The translations under genes were made by a program, and so were the position numbers. Shown here in pieces: positions 1 to 9,664 of a stretch of 40,710 nt of DNA; position 1 is the stretch's first letter, and every line of letters starts with the position of its first letter. This DNA is from Vicinamibacteria bacterium (GTDB taxonomy: Bacteria; Acidobacteriota; Vicinamibacteria; Vicinamibacterales; UBA8438). Under the pieces are notes generated by a model. That model saw only the letters and a list, made by a program, of their open reading frames with translations, had not been told where the DNA came from and made no database searches. The stretch covers positions 1 through 40,710 of the forward strand of contig CAUZRA010000001.1 of NCBI GenBank assembly GCA_963582035.1, in the 5' to 3' direction.

Positions 1-1
1 C

Positions 2-1687
2 CTCGAACAAGTCATCGCGACAAATCCAGTCGAAGGAGAGTACGGAATCGGCCACACGCGTTGGGCGACTCATGGACGCCCAACTGAGGAAAACGCTCAC
101 CCGCATCGAGACTGCACCGGAAAAATTGTCGTTGTGCACAACGGCATTATTGAAAACTATCTTGAACTCAAACACGAACTACAGGCAGCAGGGCATACCT
201 TCAAAACCGAAACCGACACCGAAGTTATCGCGCATCTAGTCGAAGGTGAATTCAAAGATGACGGACTCGAAAACGCGGTGCGCCGGTCACTCAAGAAACT
301 GCGAGGTCTTTTTGGAATCGTGCTCGTGCATGCTGACGACTCTGGCAAGATTGTCGCTGTTCGAAACGGGCCTCCGATTGTCATTGGACTAGGCGATGCC
401 GAGTTTTTTATCGCATCAGACGTGCCAGCCATTCTAAGTCACACCCGAGACGTAGTTTTTCTTGGGGATGAGGAAATGGCGATCGTGACACATGGCGGCG
501 TTGAATTTACCGACTATGGCGGCCAAACCGTTTCCACCTCGACGCAGCGGATTCAGTGGGACCCCGTGATGGCAGAAAAGGCCGGCTACAAACACTTTAT
601 GCGGAAAGAGATCTTCGAGCAGCCATGGGCGTTACAAGAAACGGTGCTTGGTCGCGTCTACGAAGAGCATGGCCGGATTTTTTTGGGTGAACTCGAACTC
701 GACGACCAAGTCTTACAGAGCATCGATAAAGTCATTCTTCTTGCCTGCGGTACGTCGTGGCACGCTGCACTTGTTGGAAAGTTTCTTATTGAGCAACTAG
801 CACGTGTCCCGGTAGAAGTCGACTACGGTTCGGAATATCGCTACCGCGACCCGATTGGTAATGACAACACCCTGGCCGTTGTCATTACTCAGTCTGGTGA
901 GACCGCCGATACCCTTGCCGCGTTGCGTGAAGCCAAGACAAAAGGCGCCAAGAGTGTTGCCGTCTGTAACGTCGTGGGAAGCATGGCAACTCGCGATGCT
1001 GACGGGATTATCTACACCCACGCCGGACCAGAAATTGGTGTGGCCTCAACAAAGGCATTTACATCCCAACTCGTTGCTTTGAACCTGTTGGCATTACACC
1101 TTGGGAGAGTTCGCAATGAGCTTGGAGCTAATGAGACACGTGAACATATTGACGCCTTGACACGCCTCCCTGGTCTCGTCGAACAAGTGCTCAAGCAAGA
1201 CCACCTTATTGAATCCATTGCGAAACGGTTCTATCGCAGTTCAAATTTTCTGTATCTCGGCCGGGGAATCAATTATCCCGTTGCGTTAGAAGGCGCACTC
1301 AAACTCAAAGAAATATCCTACATTCACGCTGAAGGCTACCCTGCAGGTGAAATGAAACACGGGCCGATCGCCTTAATTGACGAAAACCTGCCAGTGGTAG
1401 CTATTGTCCCTCAAGACAAAGTCTTTGAAAAAATGCGGGGGAATTTACAGGAGGCAAAAACGCGCGGGGCAGCGATCATTGTGCTTAGCGATGCTCCACT
1501 TGATGCGTTCGAGGCATTTCTTGAACCCAACAAGGACCACCTGATTCCCGTCCCGTCGACCCATCCATTACTCACGCCTATCCCCATGGTCGTGCCACTC
1601 CAGTTGTTGGCGTACCACATCGCTGTACTAAGAGGCTGTGATGTGGATCAACCCAGAAATCTCGCAAAAAGTGTCACGGTGGAGTAA
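2..1687 (+). CDS. glmS: Glutamine--fructose-6-phosphate aminotransferase (isomerising), 5'-truncated at the window edge
   Basis: Frame 2 is open from nt 2. Nt 2-133 translate to LEQVIATNPVEGEYGIGHTRWATHGRPTEENAHPHRDCTGKIVV, which runs into the 517-aa track ORF (VHNGIIENY...). The GHTRWATHG and NAHPH motifs, the two SIS-type halves and the C-terminal DQPRNLAKSVTVE are all typical of GlmS. The stop is TAA at 1685-1687. The N-terminal catalytic Cys region lies upstream of the window. Confidence 0.96.
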   Translation, partial: LEQVIATNPVEGEYGIGHTRWATHGRPTEENAHPHRDCTGKIVVVHNGIIENYLELKHELQAAGHTFKTETDTEVIAHLVEGEFKDDGLENAVRRSLKKLRGLFGIVLVHADDSGKIVAVRNGPPIVIGLGDAEFFIASDVPAILSHTRDVVFLGDEEMAIVTHGGVEFTDYGGQTVSTSTQRIQWDPVMAEKAGYKHFMRKEIFEQPWALQETVLGRVYEEHGRIFLGELELDDQVLQSIDKVILLACGTSWHAALVGKFLIEQLARVPVEVDYGSEYRYRDPIGNDNTLAVVITQSGETADTLAALREAKTKGAKSVAVCNVVGSMATRDADGIIYTHAGPEIGVASTKAFTSQLVALNLLALHLGRVRNELGANETREHIDALTRLPGLVEQVLKQDHLIESIAKRFYRSSNFLYLGRGINYPVALEGALKLKEISYIHAEGYPAGEMKHGPIALIDENLPVVAIVPQDKVFEKMRGNLQEAKTRGAAIIVLSDAPLDAFEAFLEPNKDHLIPVPSTHPLLTPIPMVVPLQLLAYHIAVLRGCDVDQPRNLAKSVTVE

Positions 1688-1717
1688 TGCAAAACAGTGA
1701 ATTAAAAGAAGAAAATT

Positions 1718-1837
1718 ATGGAAATGAATTTTTACATTTGGTTGGTACTAACGATTGCAGTAACAGCATACGCATGGGTTGTAATTGCAAGGTGGGCAAA
1801 AAAACAAAAAACCCGAAAAGTTTCCCCAGAAAATTAA
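1718..1837 (+). CDS. Candidate 39-aa single-pass small membrane protein (below the ORF-track length cutoff)
   Basis: Hand translation from ATG 1718 gives MEMNFYIWLVLTIAVTAYAWVVIARWAKKQKTRKVSPEN, with TAA at 1835-1837. It has one clean hydrophobic helix of about 20 aa followed by a Lys/Arg-rich tail (positive-inside pattern). A purine-rich stretch AAAAGAAGAAAA lies upstream but there is no canonical GGAGG. It sits in the 186-bp AT-rich glmS-helicase spacer. Confidence 0.35.
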   Translation: MEMNFYIWLVLTIAVTAYAWVVIARWAKKQKTRKVSPEN

Positions 1838-1873
1838 ATCACCATTTTGTGTCACTCAGTCACGATTGAGTAG

Positions 1874-4138
1874 ATGTCGTTCCTCGAAAAACTGAACCCC
1901 GAACAGCGTGAAGCGGTTTTACATCGTGATGGCCCGCTACTGATCTTGGCAGGCGCTGGCTCCGGGAAAACACGCGTTATTTGCTGCCGCCTGGCCTATC
2001 TAATCCGAGATGGGCACGCCGAACCCGACCAAGTGCTTGCCGTCACGTTTACGAACAAAGCGGCTGAGGAAATGCGGGGCCGCGTTGAACAATTGCTTGA
2101 ATCGGAGTCTCCCCAGTTGTGGATTTCAACGTTTCATGCCTTTTGTGCACGCGTGCTGCGTCGCGAGGCGCCGCTGATTGGACTCTCCCGTGACTTTGTG
2201 ATTTACGATTCTATCGATCAGTTGAGTGCCGTGCGCCAGGCCATGCGCGACCTGAACGTTGACGACAAGATCACACCCCCTCGGTCTTTGCTGTCGCGAA
2301 TCAGTCATGCCAAAAACCGGATGGAAAGCGCGGCTGATATTCGGGAGAACAGTCACGGGTTTGGTGACGACCAGCTCGCCGCCGTTTACGAGCTCTACCT
2401 CAAGACTCTTCGCACAAGTGGCGCCCTCGACTTTGATGATCTATTGCTGAAAGCGGTCACACTTTTTGAAACATCGGAAAACGCCCGTGAGCGGTACGCC
2501 AATCGATTTCGCTACGTGATGATTGACGAGTACCAAGACACAAATCGACCGCAATACATGCTGATCCGCCTACTGACCGATCAGCACCGTAACTTGTGCG
2601 TCGTCGGAGACCCTGATCAGTCAATCTATAAATGGCGCGGTGCTGATTTACGAAACATTCTCGACTTCGAAGAGGACTATCCCGAAACAAAGGTCGTCCG
2701 GCTGGAGCGCAACTATCGGTCAACTCAAGTCATTCTCGATGCCGCCACCAATGTGATCAGTCGCAATCGGCAGCGCAAAGAGAAAGTGCTCCGCGCCGAA
2801 CGCGTCGGTGGAGAACCCATTATTTGCCACCGAGCCAACGACGAGCTTGAGGAAGCCGACTTTATCCTCAAACAGATCCGTGAAGGTTTTGAAGCAGATA
2901 TTGATAAAGCTGCGGTGCTGTACCGAACGAACGCTCAATCACGTGCCATTGAAGATGCGTTGACACGCGAAGCCATCCCATATCGTGTTGTAGGTGGTGT
3001 GCGCTTTTACGAACGTAAAGAAGTGAAAGACGCCCTGGCCTATTTAAAACTCGTCTTGGCTCCCGACGATGACGTGAGCTTGCGACGCGTGATTAATGTA
3101 CCGGCGCGGGGAATCGGAAAAGGCGTCATGGCTGGCTTGTCAGGAATTTCTGTCGAACCAGAGGAGAACTCTCCTCTTTTTGAAGACGCAGGCCTTGATT
3201 CCGAAGCGTCTGTTGCCTCACTCTGGAACCGGCTCGTGAGAGCAACGGACAACCGTTTACTCCCCAGTCGGTCGCTCAAAGCTCTGTCACGATTCCGAGA
3301 AATCTTGACAAATCTACGCGAAAATATTTCAACGGAACCTGCTTCCGTTGTGCTGGGAAAAGCTCTCGATCAAAGTGGATATATACAGGCCTTACACGAC
3401 AACGGGAGTGAAGAGGCCGAAAGTCGCATTGCAAATTTGGCTGAACTTGTCTCTGCCGCTCGGGATTACGAGTTGCGTGACCCTGATGCCAGTCTGGGCG
3501 GTTTCGTCGACCGCCTCTCGCTCTTATCCGAAGCCGATGAAGAAAATGGACCTGGCAATGCACGTGTGTGGTTGATGACACTGCATGCTGCGAAAGGGCT
3601 CGAATTCCCCCTTGTCGTCATCGCTGGAATGGAAGATGGGTTGTTCCCCCATGCCCGCGCCACTGCAGACGACGACGAACTGGAAGAGGAACGTCGGCTC
3701 TGTTATGTTGGGATGACTCGGGCTGAATCAACTCTCGTATTGACAAGTGCAGCCAGACGACGCGTGTTTGGCGAATATCAGTCAACAGAACCATCGCGGT
3801 TTTTTGACGAAATCCCCGCTGAACTTGTCACGGTCATTGAACCAACCTATGGGCCTGCTCTCTTTGGTACCTCCACCGGCGGGCGGCGTGGTCAATGGCG
3901 TCGCCGATCACAACGAACACAATCATTAGACTCGCCACCAATAGCATATGACGAGGCCGATGAAGACCAATCAGCTGCCGGAATCTCTCGTGGGGCGCGT
4001 GTTCGCCACCCAACATTTGGCACTGGCACGGTCGTCAACGTCGAAACGTTAATTGGTGACGTGAAACTGACGGTCCGATTTAATTTGGTCGGTGAAAAAA
4101 AACTGCTCGCGCGTTACGCAAAACTGGAACGTATCTGA
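1874..4138 (+). CDS. pcrA: ATP-dependent DNA helicase, UvrD/PcrA/Rep family (SF1A)
   Basis: 754 aa. The N-terminus reads LNPEQREAV...LILAGAGSGKTRV (Walker A). It also carries DEYQDTN (motif II), VGDPDQSIYKWRGA, NYRST, TLHAAKGLEF and CYVGMTRA. The C-terminal Tudor-like segment is GARVRHPTFGTGTVVNVE. UvrD and PcrA cannot be told apart by eye. Confidence 0.93.
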   Translation: MSFLEKLNPEQREAVLHRDGPLLILAGAGSGKTRVICCRLAYLIRDGHAEPDQVLAVTFTNKAAEEMRGRVEQLLESESPQLWISTFHAFCARVLRREAPLIGLSRDFVIYDSIDQLSAVRQAMRDLNVDDKITPPRSLLSRISHAKNRMESAADIRENSHGFGDDQLAAVYELYLKTLRTSGALDFDDLLLKAVTLFETSENARERYANRFRYVMIDEYQDTNRPQYMLIRLLTDQHRNLCVVGDPDQSIYKWRGADLRNILDFEEDYPETKVVRLERNYRSTQVILDAATNVISRNRQRKEKVLRAERVGGEPIICHRANDELEEADFILKQIREGFEADIDKAAVLYRTNAQSRAIEDALTREAIPYRVVGGVRFYERKEVKDALAYLKLVLAPDDDVSLRRVINVPARGIGKGVMAGLSGISVEPEENSPLFEDAGLDSEASVASLWNRLVRATDNRLLPSRSLKALSRFREILTNLRENISTEPASVVLGKALDQSGYIQALHDNGSEEAESRIANLAELVSAARDYELRDPDASLGGFVDRLSLLSEADEENGPGNARVWLMTLHAAKGLEFPLVVIAGMEDGLFPHARATADDDELEEERRLCYVGMTRAESTLVLTSAARRRVFGEYQSTEPSRFFDEIPAELVTVIEPTYGPALFGTSTGGRRGQWRRRSQRTQSLDSPPIAYDEADEDQSAAGISRGARVRHPTFGTGTVVNVETLIGDVKLTVRFNLVGEKKLLARYAKLERI

Positions 4139-4156
4139 ATCGCTGTACGAGCCATT

Positions 4157-4170
4157 CCCCAACCTTGGGG
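4157..4170. terminator. Short GC hairpin between the convergent helicase and mrp operon ends (weak bidirectional terminator candidate)
   Basis: CCCCA-ACCT-TGGGG lies in the 42-bp gap between the stop at 4138 (+) and the stop at 4181 (-). There is no U-tract on either side, so this is weak. Confidence 0.2.
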
Positions 4171-4180
4171 ATAATGCTGA

Positions 4181-5695
4181 TTAAATGTCACCAAGAACCG
4201 AGTGAAGCAAGTTCATGATTGTTTGAGGGAAAATTCCTAGAATGAGTGAGACCATGGCAATGAGCATCAATGGTACCGTCATCGTAAGGGGTGGATCCGA
4301 TAGATCCTTCGCTTCAAGGGCCGGGTTTAACGGACCGAAGAAAATCTGCCGAGCTGCGTTGAACGAGTAGGCAACCGTCAACAACACTGCGGCTAGCCCA
4401 ACAAGGGCAATCACGACGCCGAACGCCCCGCTCAATACCCCTCTTTCAAATATTCCTGAGAACATAATCCATTCGGCCGTAAAACTACTAAACGGTGGAA
4501 ACCCAGACAGCATCATGCACCCGACGATCCAAAGAGCAGCCGTCACGGGCATGCGTCTTGCGAGACCTCCCATCTGTCGCATGTCGCGCACTCCAGTGGC
4601 GTACACAACGATGCCCGCGGTAGAGAAAAAGACCGTTTTTCCCATGATGTGGCTTAGAAAGAAAAACATCCCGCCCTGGACACTGCTACTCGTCAATGCG
4701 GCAAGACCAAGCACGGAATAGGCAATTTGGCTGATGGTAGAACAGGCAGCAAGACGCTTGATATCCGTTTGTGCCATGGCAAGCAAAGATCCATAGACCA
4801 TGGTCACAAGTGCGAGCACCATCAGCGGCACGCCAAACTGTTGAAACTCACTACCCAGCGGAAGCACCACGACTCGAATGAGGACATAAACCGAGAGATT
4901 GGCATAGACAGCGAGCAAGCCAGCAATGCATGTGGGATGTTCGGCATGCACCGGAGGCATCCAGACATGAAACGGTACAATCGCCAGCTTCATCAAGAGA
5001 CCAACAAGAAACAAAAAGATCGTGGCAGTGACAAGAGGCGAGCCCTTCATGTGGCTGAGTTCCGAGATATCCCAACTCCCAATTTGGTCGTAGACCAAAA
5101 GTGACGCCGCCAAGAACAAGAGCGCTCCGATGATCCCCCATGCCAAGCTGATGAACGCAATGCGGACCCGTTCCCGATAGCCGAAATACGCCATTAAGAA
5201 GAACAGCGAGACCGTGAGGACTTCCATGAAAAAGTACAACGGGATCAAGTTGGTACTCAGGATTGTGCCGATGAACCCGACTGGGAAAAGCGGCATTAAA
5301 TAGAAGAACCTCACGTAATGTCGCTCTCGACCCAACTGGTCTTCATCGGCGTAGAGGACTTCAGTCCGACGTTCGATATACCGAATCGAATAGATCGCCA
5401 GGGCAGCACACAACAGCATCACAACAGCTAATGTCGAAATACTGAGACCATCTGCTAGCAGGCCCAAACGGATTGCTTCTGGGATCTGAGAATTGGGAGC
5501 GACAACTCGATATTCCTCAACAAGTACCTTGCCTCGACTGACTGCCGCGGCGGCGACCAGCACCAGCACCGTCGTGTACAACAGTGCACCCGACGTGACC
5601 CATCCAGCAAACCGACCGATTCGATGTCGCAGAACAAAAACAACGACAGACGCAAGAATTGGGGTCAGCAGAATTTGCAGAAGCAAGGCTGGCAT
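4181..5695 (-). CDS. Mrp/Nuo antiporter-like subunit (MrpD / NuoM-N family proton-conducting membrane transporter), last gene of the mrp operon
   Basis: 504-aa polytopic membrane protein with the family core (...HVWMPPVHAEHPTCIAGLLA...STISQIAYSVLGL...FFFLSHIMGKTVFF...). Its ATG (5693-5695) shares one nucleotide with the TAA (5695-5697) of the upstream gene, forming TAATG. Confidence 0.85.
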   Translation of the reverse strand: MPALLLQILLTPILASVVVFVLRHRIGRFAGWVTSGALLYTTVLVLVAAAAVSRGKVLVEEYRVVAPNSQIPEAIRLGLLADGLSISTLAVVMLLCAALAIYSIRYIERRTEVLYADEDQLGRERHYVRFFYLMPLFPVGFIGTILSTNLIPLYFFMEVLTVSLFFLMAYFGYRERVRIAFISLAWGIIGALLFLAASLLVYDQIGSWDISELSHMKGSPLVTATIFLFLVGLLMKLAIVPFHVWMPPVHAEHPTCIAGLLAVYANLSVYVLIRVVVLPLGSEFQQFGVPLMVLALVTMVYGSLLAMAQTDIKRLAACSTISQIAYSVLGLAALTSSSVQGGMFFFLSHIMGKTVFFSTAGIVVYATGVRDMRQMGGLARRMPVTAALWIVGCMMLSGFPPFSSFTAEWIMFSGIFERGVLSGAFGVVIALVGLAAVLLTVAYSFNAARQIFFGPLNPALEAKDLSDPPLTMTVPLMLIAMVSLILGIFPQTIMNLLHSVLGDI

Positions 5696-7746
5696 TATTG
5701 AGCCCCACCAGCACCTAGAAACATATAGGTGAGTAACAGGACGAACAGGACAAGCACATACGACACGTTATAAAACAGTTCTTCTGTATCTGCCCGCAGT
5801 CGATGAACAAACCGTTCCGCCTTCACAATAAACAGCCTAGGAAGCTGACGGTGAACAAGGTTGTTAAACTTTGCCTCGACATTCTCGGCAACGTACGTGG
5901 CCACTTGAGAAATACCGCCAATGAACACGTGTCGGTAGAAAGCGTCGATAAACCATCGTTTCCATAAGAACGTATGGATCAACGTCGCAACTCGAGATTT
6001 TTCAAGAAACTCTTCAGCGGAAACCTTGCGCGTGATAAACAGGTAATAGGCAGGAAGCGCGCCCGCTAAAAGAAACAGTACCGAGAGAATTGGAATTATT
6101 TGATGGAAGACTGATTCTTGCGCATTGTCAGGCGAGATCGCTGATGTAGCAATGTTGGCATCTCTCGCCAGACCAATCTCAAATCCATGGTGCAGCACGC
6201 TTTCGATGAAAGGTCCGCCAACGCCTGCCCCGATGATAAGGAGCGCAAGTACTCCAGACGCGACATACATCGGCATCTTTCCGTCATCAACGGGCTCACC
6301 GCTCCGTACAACCTTTAAAAAAGCATCGCTTTCGGAACCATAAAACACCAGTCCCACAAAACGTACTGTGTAGAACGCCGTCACCGCGACGGTAATAAGG
6401 GCGGCAACAAACAAGACTATGCTGCCGTCCGCGACAACCAGCAAGACGGCATCCTTGCTCCAAAATCCGGGAAAGGGTGGAAGTCCCATGAGTGACAGCG
6501 CCGCAACAAGCGTAAACAACCATGTCATCGGCTGGTATTTCCGTAGTGCCCCCATATTTGGCATGTAGATGGAGTGGACAGCGTGAATTACGGTCCCTGC
6601 ACAGAGAAAAAGACACGCTTTAAAAAGAGCATGGCTGACGAGATGAAAAATTCCAGCGGTATATCCATCAAGAAGGAGCGATGGTCCGAGCCCAGCGGCG
6701 CCCAACCCAAGTAGCATGTAGCCGATCTGGCTGACTGTTGAATACGCCAGTACTTTTTTAAGTTCCACTGCCACAAGTCCCTGCGTAGCTGCCAAGAAAG
6801 CGGTGAAAACCCCGACCCATGCAATGACGTAGAAGAACCAGGCCGCCTCGTCAATGCCGGCCACCCAGAGGCCGTAGTAGAAAATGGGCACGAATCGAGC
6901 CACAAGATACACACCGCTTTTCACCATTGTCGCGGCATGAATAAGAGCGGAAACCGGTGCTGGGCCAGCCATGGCCTCAGGTAACCATTCGTGAAAAGGA
7001 AACTGGGCTGACTTGCCGAACGGTCCAGCTAGTAGCAGCAGGCTCACCAATATCACCATGCCCGGAGTGGCAGCCATGGTTGCGAGCCAGACCGGAGCGG
7101 TTGCGTACAGTTCGAGAAAATTCAAAGTGCCGGCATAGAAGAACACCAGCAAAATCCCTCCGAGCATGAGCATGTCGCCAAGACCAGTGACGACAAGCGC
7201 TTTGAGGCTCGCCTGGGACGGGGTTACAAAAGCGGTTGGGTGCGGTCCACCAATCCAGTACTTTTTTTGGTCTTGAAAATAGAAACCGATCAGGCCATAG
7301 CTACAAACACCAACCAGTTTCCAGCCAACAAAAAGGAACAGGAGGTTATTGGAAAAGATCAGTAGCAACATACTGGCGATGAAGCCATTCATCCACATCC
7401 AAAATCGAGTCTGTGCGGGATCATCGCGCATATACCCGTGGCAATAGACCATGATGACGAAGCTGATCACCGCTACGACGTTGGCAAGAACAATGCTCAG
7501 GCCGTCAACTAGCACCCCAAAACCAATTTCGATCGGGTTTGCGAGCCACGCAAGTTCGTGCTCGAGTGGAAGCGTCTCGGGATGAAACAATGCTGGCAAC
7601 AAACTCAGCGCGGCCACAGCTGCAACCAAGGACGATAGAAGGGCTCCAAGATCTCTTGCCGTCCGGTTGAATCGGCCAAGAAAAGGCGTGACGGCCACCC
7701 CGATCAGCGGTGCGAAGATGCACACCCAAGCAGCGGTTGTTGTCAT
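5695..7746 (-). CDS. NuoL / MrpA-N-terminal-like antiporter subunit with a long C-terminal extension (683 aa)
   Basis: The track ORF runs to 7860, but that overlaps the upstream gene by 110 nt. The ATG at 7744-7746 (MTTTAAWVCIFAPLIGV...) lies 4 nt after the upstream TGA at 7751-7753. The core has motifs such as FPFHEWLPEAMAGPAPVSALIHAATMV and YSTVSQIGYMLLGLG. The C-terminal ~180 aa (WFIDAFYRHVFIGG... then a final hydrophobic helix) resemble the NuoL/MrpA lateral-helix arm. Confidence 0.85.
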   Translation of the reverse strand: MTTTAAWVCIFAPLIGVAVTPFLGRFNRTARDLGALLSSLVAAVAALSLLPALFHPETLPLEHELAWLANPIEIGFGVLVDGLSIVLANVVAVISFVIMVYCHGYMRDDPAQTRFWMWMNGFIASMLLLIFSNNLLFLFVGWKLVGVCSYGLIGFYFQDQKKYWIGGPHPTAFVTPSQASLKALVVTGLGDMLMLGGILLVFFYAGTLNFLELYATAPVWLATMAATPGMVILVSLLLLAGPFGKSAQFPFHEWLPEAMAGPAPVSALIHAATMVKSGVYLVARFVPIFYYGLWVAGIDEAAWFFYVIAWVGVFTAFLAATQGLVAVELKKVLAYSTVSQIGYMLLGLGAAGLGPSLLLDGYTAGIFHLVSHALFKACLFLCAGTVIHAVHSIYMPNMGALRKYQPMTWLFTLVAALSLMGLPPFPGFWSKDAVLLVVADGSIVLFVAALITVAVTAFYTVRFVGLVFYGSESDAFLKVVRSGEPVDDGKMPMYVASGVLALLIIGAGVGGPFIESVLHHGFEIGLARDANIATSAISPDNAQESVFHQIIPILSVLFLLAGALPAYYLFITRKVSAEEFLEKSRVATLIHTFLWKRWFIDAFYRHVFIGGISQVATYVAENVEAKFNNLVHRQLPRLFIVKAERFVHRLRADTEELFYNVSYVLVLFVLLLTYMFLGAGGAQ

Positions 7747-7750
7747 CCTG

Positions 7751-9268
7751 TCACCTCGGAAGACCGATCGGGATAGCCGGGTCAATGAACTGGGAAACCA
7801 CCACTCCATTGAAGAGGCCAAGCAGGATGACCCCCGCTGCGAGGATAAGCATGGGGACAAGCATGGTTAACGGCACCTTCTCCCGGTCCGGCTCTCCGTG
7901 AGACGACACGGTCATTTCTGTCGCTATTTCGTCTTCGTCGGCGGTTAGGTACATATAGCGGACCACATTGGCCAGGTAACCAATGGCCAGCACACTGCTA
8001 ACTAGGATGACACCAACAAACACCCACTGCTCCCCGTCGATTGCACCAAGAATTAGATAGACCTTGCTAAAAAAACCACCGGTCGGCGGAAGGCCGATCA
8101 TGCCAAATGCGCAGATGGTAAACGCTGCCGTAGTCAATGGCATTTTTCTGGAAAGGTTTCGAAAAGTGTGAATCTCTCGACGTCCCGTTTGGTAAACGAT
8201 GGCGCCGGCCACTAGGAACAGGCAACACTTCATAAACGCATGGTTGACTAGATGCAGGATTCCCCCTGTGAAGCCCATCCCATTGGCAAGACCGATACCC
8301 AAAACGATGTAGCCAATCTGTGCGATAGACGAGTAGGCCAACATTCGTTTGAGATCCGATTGCACGATCGCCATAACGGAACCCAGAATCATGGCGACCG
8401 CCGCCATCCAACTCAACACTGTGGTAACCGGAAACGTCTCAACGGAAAAACTTGGTTCAAATACAAAGAACATCACCCTTGCCAACACGTACGCGGCAAC
8501 CTTTGTTGTCGTGCCGGCGACCAGAGCACTGACAGCCGAGGGAGCGTTGGTGTACGCACCGGGAAGCCAAGCATGCATCGGGAATAGCGCCATCTTGAGC
8601 GAGATTCCAATGACGAAGAAGGCAAAGCCGACCAGCACAGCATTCGATTCGTAGAGCCCTGGCAGAATGCGGGCCAAGTCAGTCATGTTCAGCGAACCCG
8701 TTACGCTGTAGAGATATCCTACCGAGAGCAGATAGAAGGCAGCTCCAACGGTCCCAAGAATCACATAGCGGAAGGCAGACACCACCGCCACTCCTCTACC
8801 AAGTGAAACCAATGCGTAGCAGGAAATGGAAGTAATTTCGAGAAACACGTAGAGATTGAACATGTCGGCTGTTGACACGAGACCCGTCAGCCCACTTACG
8901 AGAATGAGATAGAGGCTGTAAAAGGGCACCTCTTGGTCCGGTGCCTCCTTCAGAATGCTCTTCTTCGAGTAAATCGCTACGAGAAGAGTGACAAAGGTCA
9001 GCAGCAGGAGCATGAGGACGGCAAGGTGATCGACATAAAACGCAATCCCCCACGGCGGTTCCCAGCCACCCATGAAATACTCGACCGGTCCGACGTTGAG
9101 AACCCGACCTGCTAACACCAGAGACAAGCCAAAGGAACATAACAACGCGAGCACGGAAACGGGGAACACTAAACGTCGATGCCTCCAACCAAGGAGCGGA
9201 AGGATAAAGGAGGTGATTAGAGGTACAATGACGATGAGGATGGGCGTCGCTGATTGATGAATATTCAT
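7751..9268 (-). CDS. mrpD: Na+/H+ antiporter subunit D (MrpD/MnhD; NuoN/M-like)
   Basis: 505 aa. It contains GGWEPPWGIAFYVDHL, which is typical of MrpD, plus HAWLPGAYTNAPSAVSALVAG and YSSIAQIGYIVLGIG. Its start overlaps the mrpC stop (ATGA at 9265-9268). Confidence 0.88.
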   Translation of the reverse strand: MNIHQSATPILIVIVPLITSFILPLLGWRHRRLVFPVSVLALLCSFGLSLVLAGRVLNVGPVEYFMGGWEPPWGIAFYVDHLAVLMLLLLTFVTLLVAIYSKKSILKEAPDQEVPFYSLYLILVSGLTGLVSTADMFNLYVFLEITSISCYALVSLGRGVAVVSAFRYVILGTVGAAFYLLSVGYLYSVTGSLNMTDLARILPGLYESNAVLVGFAFFVIGISLKMALFPMHAWLPGAYTNAPSAVSALVAGTTTKVAAYVLARVMFFVFEPSFSVETFPVTTVLSWMAAVAMILGSVMAIVQSDLKRMLAYSSIAQIGYIVLGIGLANGMGFTGGILHLVNHAFMKCCLFLVAGAIVYQTGRREIHTFRNLSRKMPLTTAAFTICAFGMIGLPPTGGFFSKVYLILGAIDGEQWVFVGVILVSSVLAIGYLANVVRYMYLTADEDEIATEMTVSSHGEPDREKVPLTMLVPMLILAAGVILLGLFNGVVVSQFIDPAIPIGLPR

Positions 9269-9657
9269 CCGGATGATCGGATTCTCTTTAGCAATTCGTC
9301 CTCTTCCAGTGTCCCGTACCTCCTGTAAATTCTAAGAAGTAGAGCTAGCGCAACCCCAGTGGTGGCCACACCGACGACGATCGCGGTAAGCATAAGCACG
9401 TGAGGCAATGGGTTGACGTAGCTGGACGCATCCAAATGTGCCGGACTGCCCGAGCTATGACTTCCAAAGACAATGGGAATCGTTGCGTCGCGTTTGGCCG
9501 ATAGTGATACGACAAATAAGATTATTGACCACTGAAAGATGTTCATGCCCACCAATTTCTTCACCAAATTGGTCTTGCCGATCATGGCGTAGAAACCGAT
9601 CATCATCAGCATGATGTACGTCGCGTTGTTGAAATGACCAATAATAAATTCGAGCAT
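9265..9657 (-). CDS. mrpC: Na+/H+ antiporter subunit C (MrpC/MnhC; NuoK-like)
   Basis: 130 aa with three predicted helices. It carries NLVKKLVGMNIFQ and NPLPHVLMLTAIVVGVATTGVALALL, followed by a charged tail. This is typical of the MnhC/NuoK family. Confidence 0.85.
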   Translation of the reverse strand: MLEFIIGHFNNATYIMLMMIGFYAMIGKTNLVKKLVGMNIFQWSIILFVVSLSAKRDATIPIVFGSHSSGSPAHLDASSYVNPLPHVLMLTAIVVGVATTGVALALLLRIYRRYGTLEEDELLKRIRSSG

Positions 9658-9664
9658 TCTCTGC

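Noticed and set aside
1687-1869. 60-aa track ORF MQNSELKEENYGNEF... in the glmS-helicase spacer
   Set aside because: Its composition is low-complexity (Asn/Lys/Cys/Ser) with no Shine-Dalgarno and no recognisable fold features. It overlaps the much more protein-like 39-aa membrane ORF in another frame.
7747-7860. N-terminal 38 codons of the 721-aa track ORF (MSPCLSSQRGSS...)
   Set aside because: This stretch lies entirely inside the upstream mrpD coding region in another frame and is not membrane-protein-like. The ATG at 7746 gives a hydrophobic N-terminus 4 nt after the upstream stop, consistent with the tight coupling seen in the rest of the operon.
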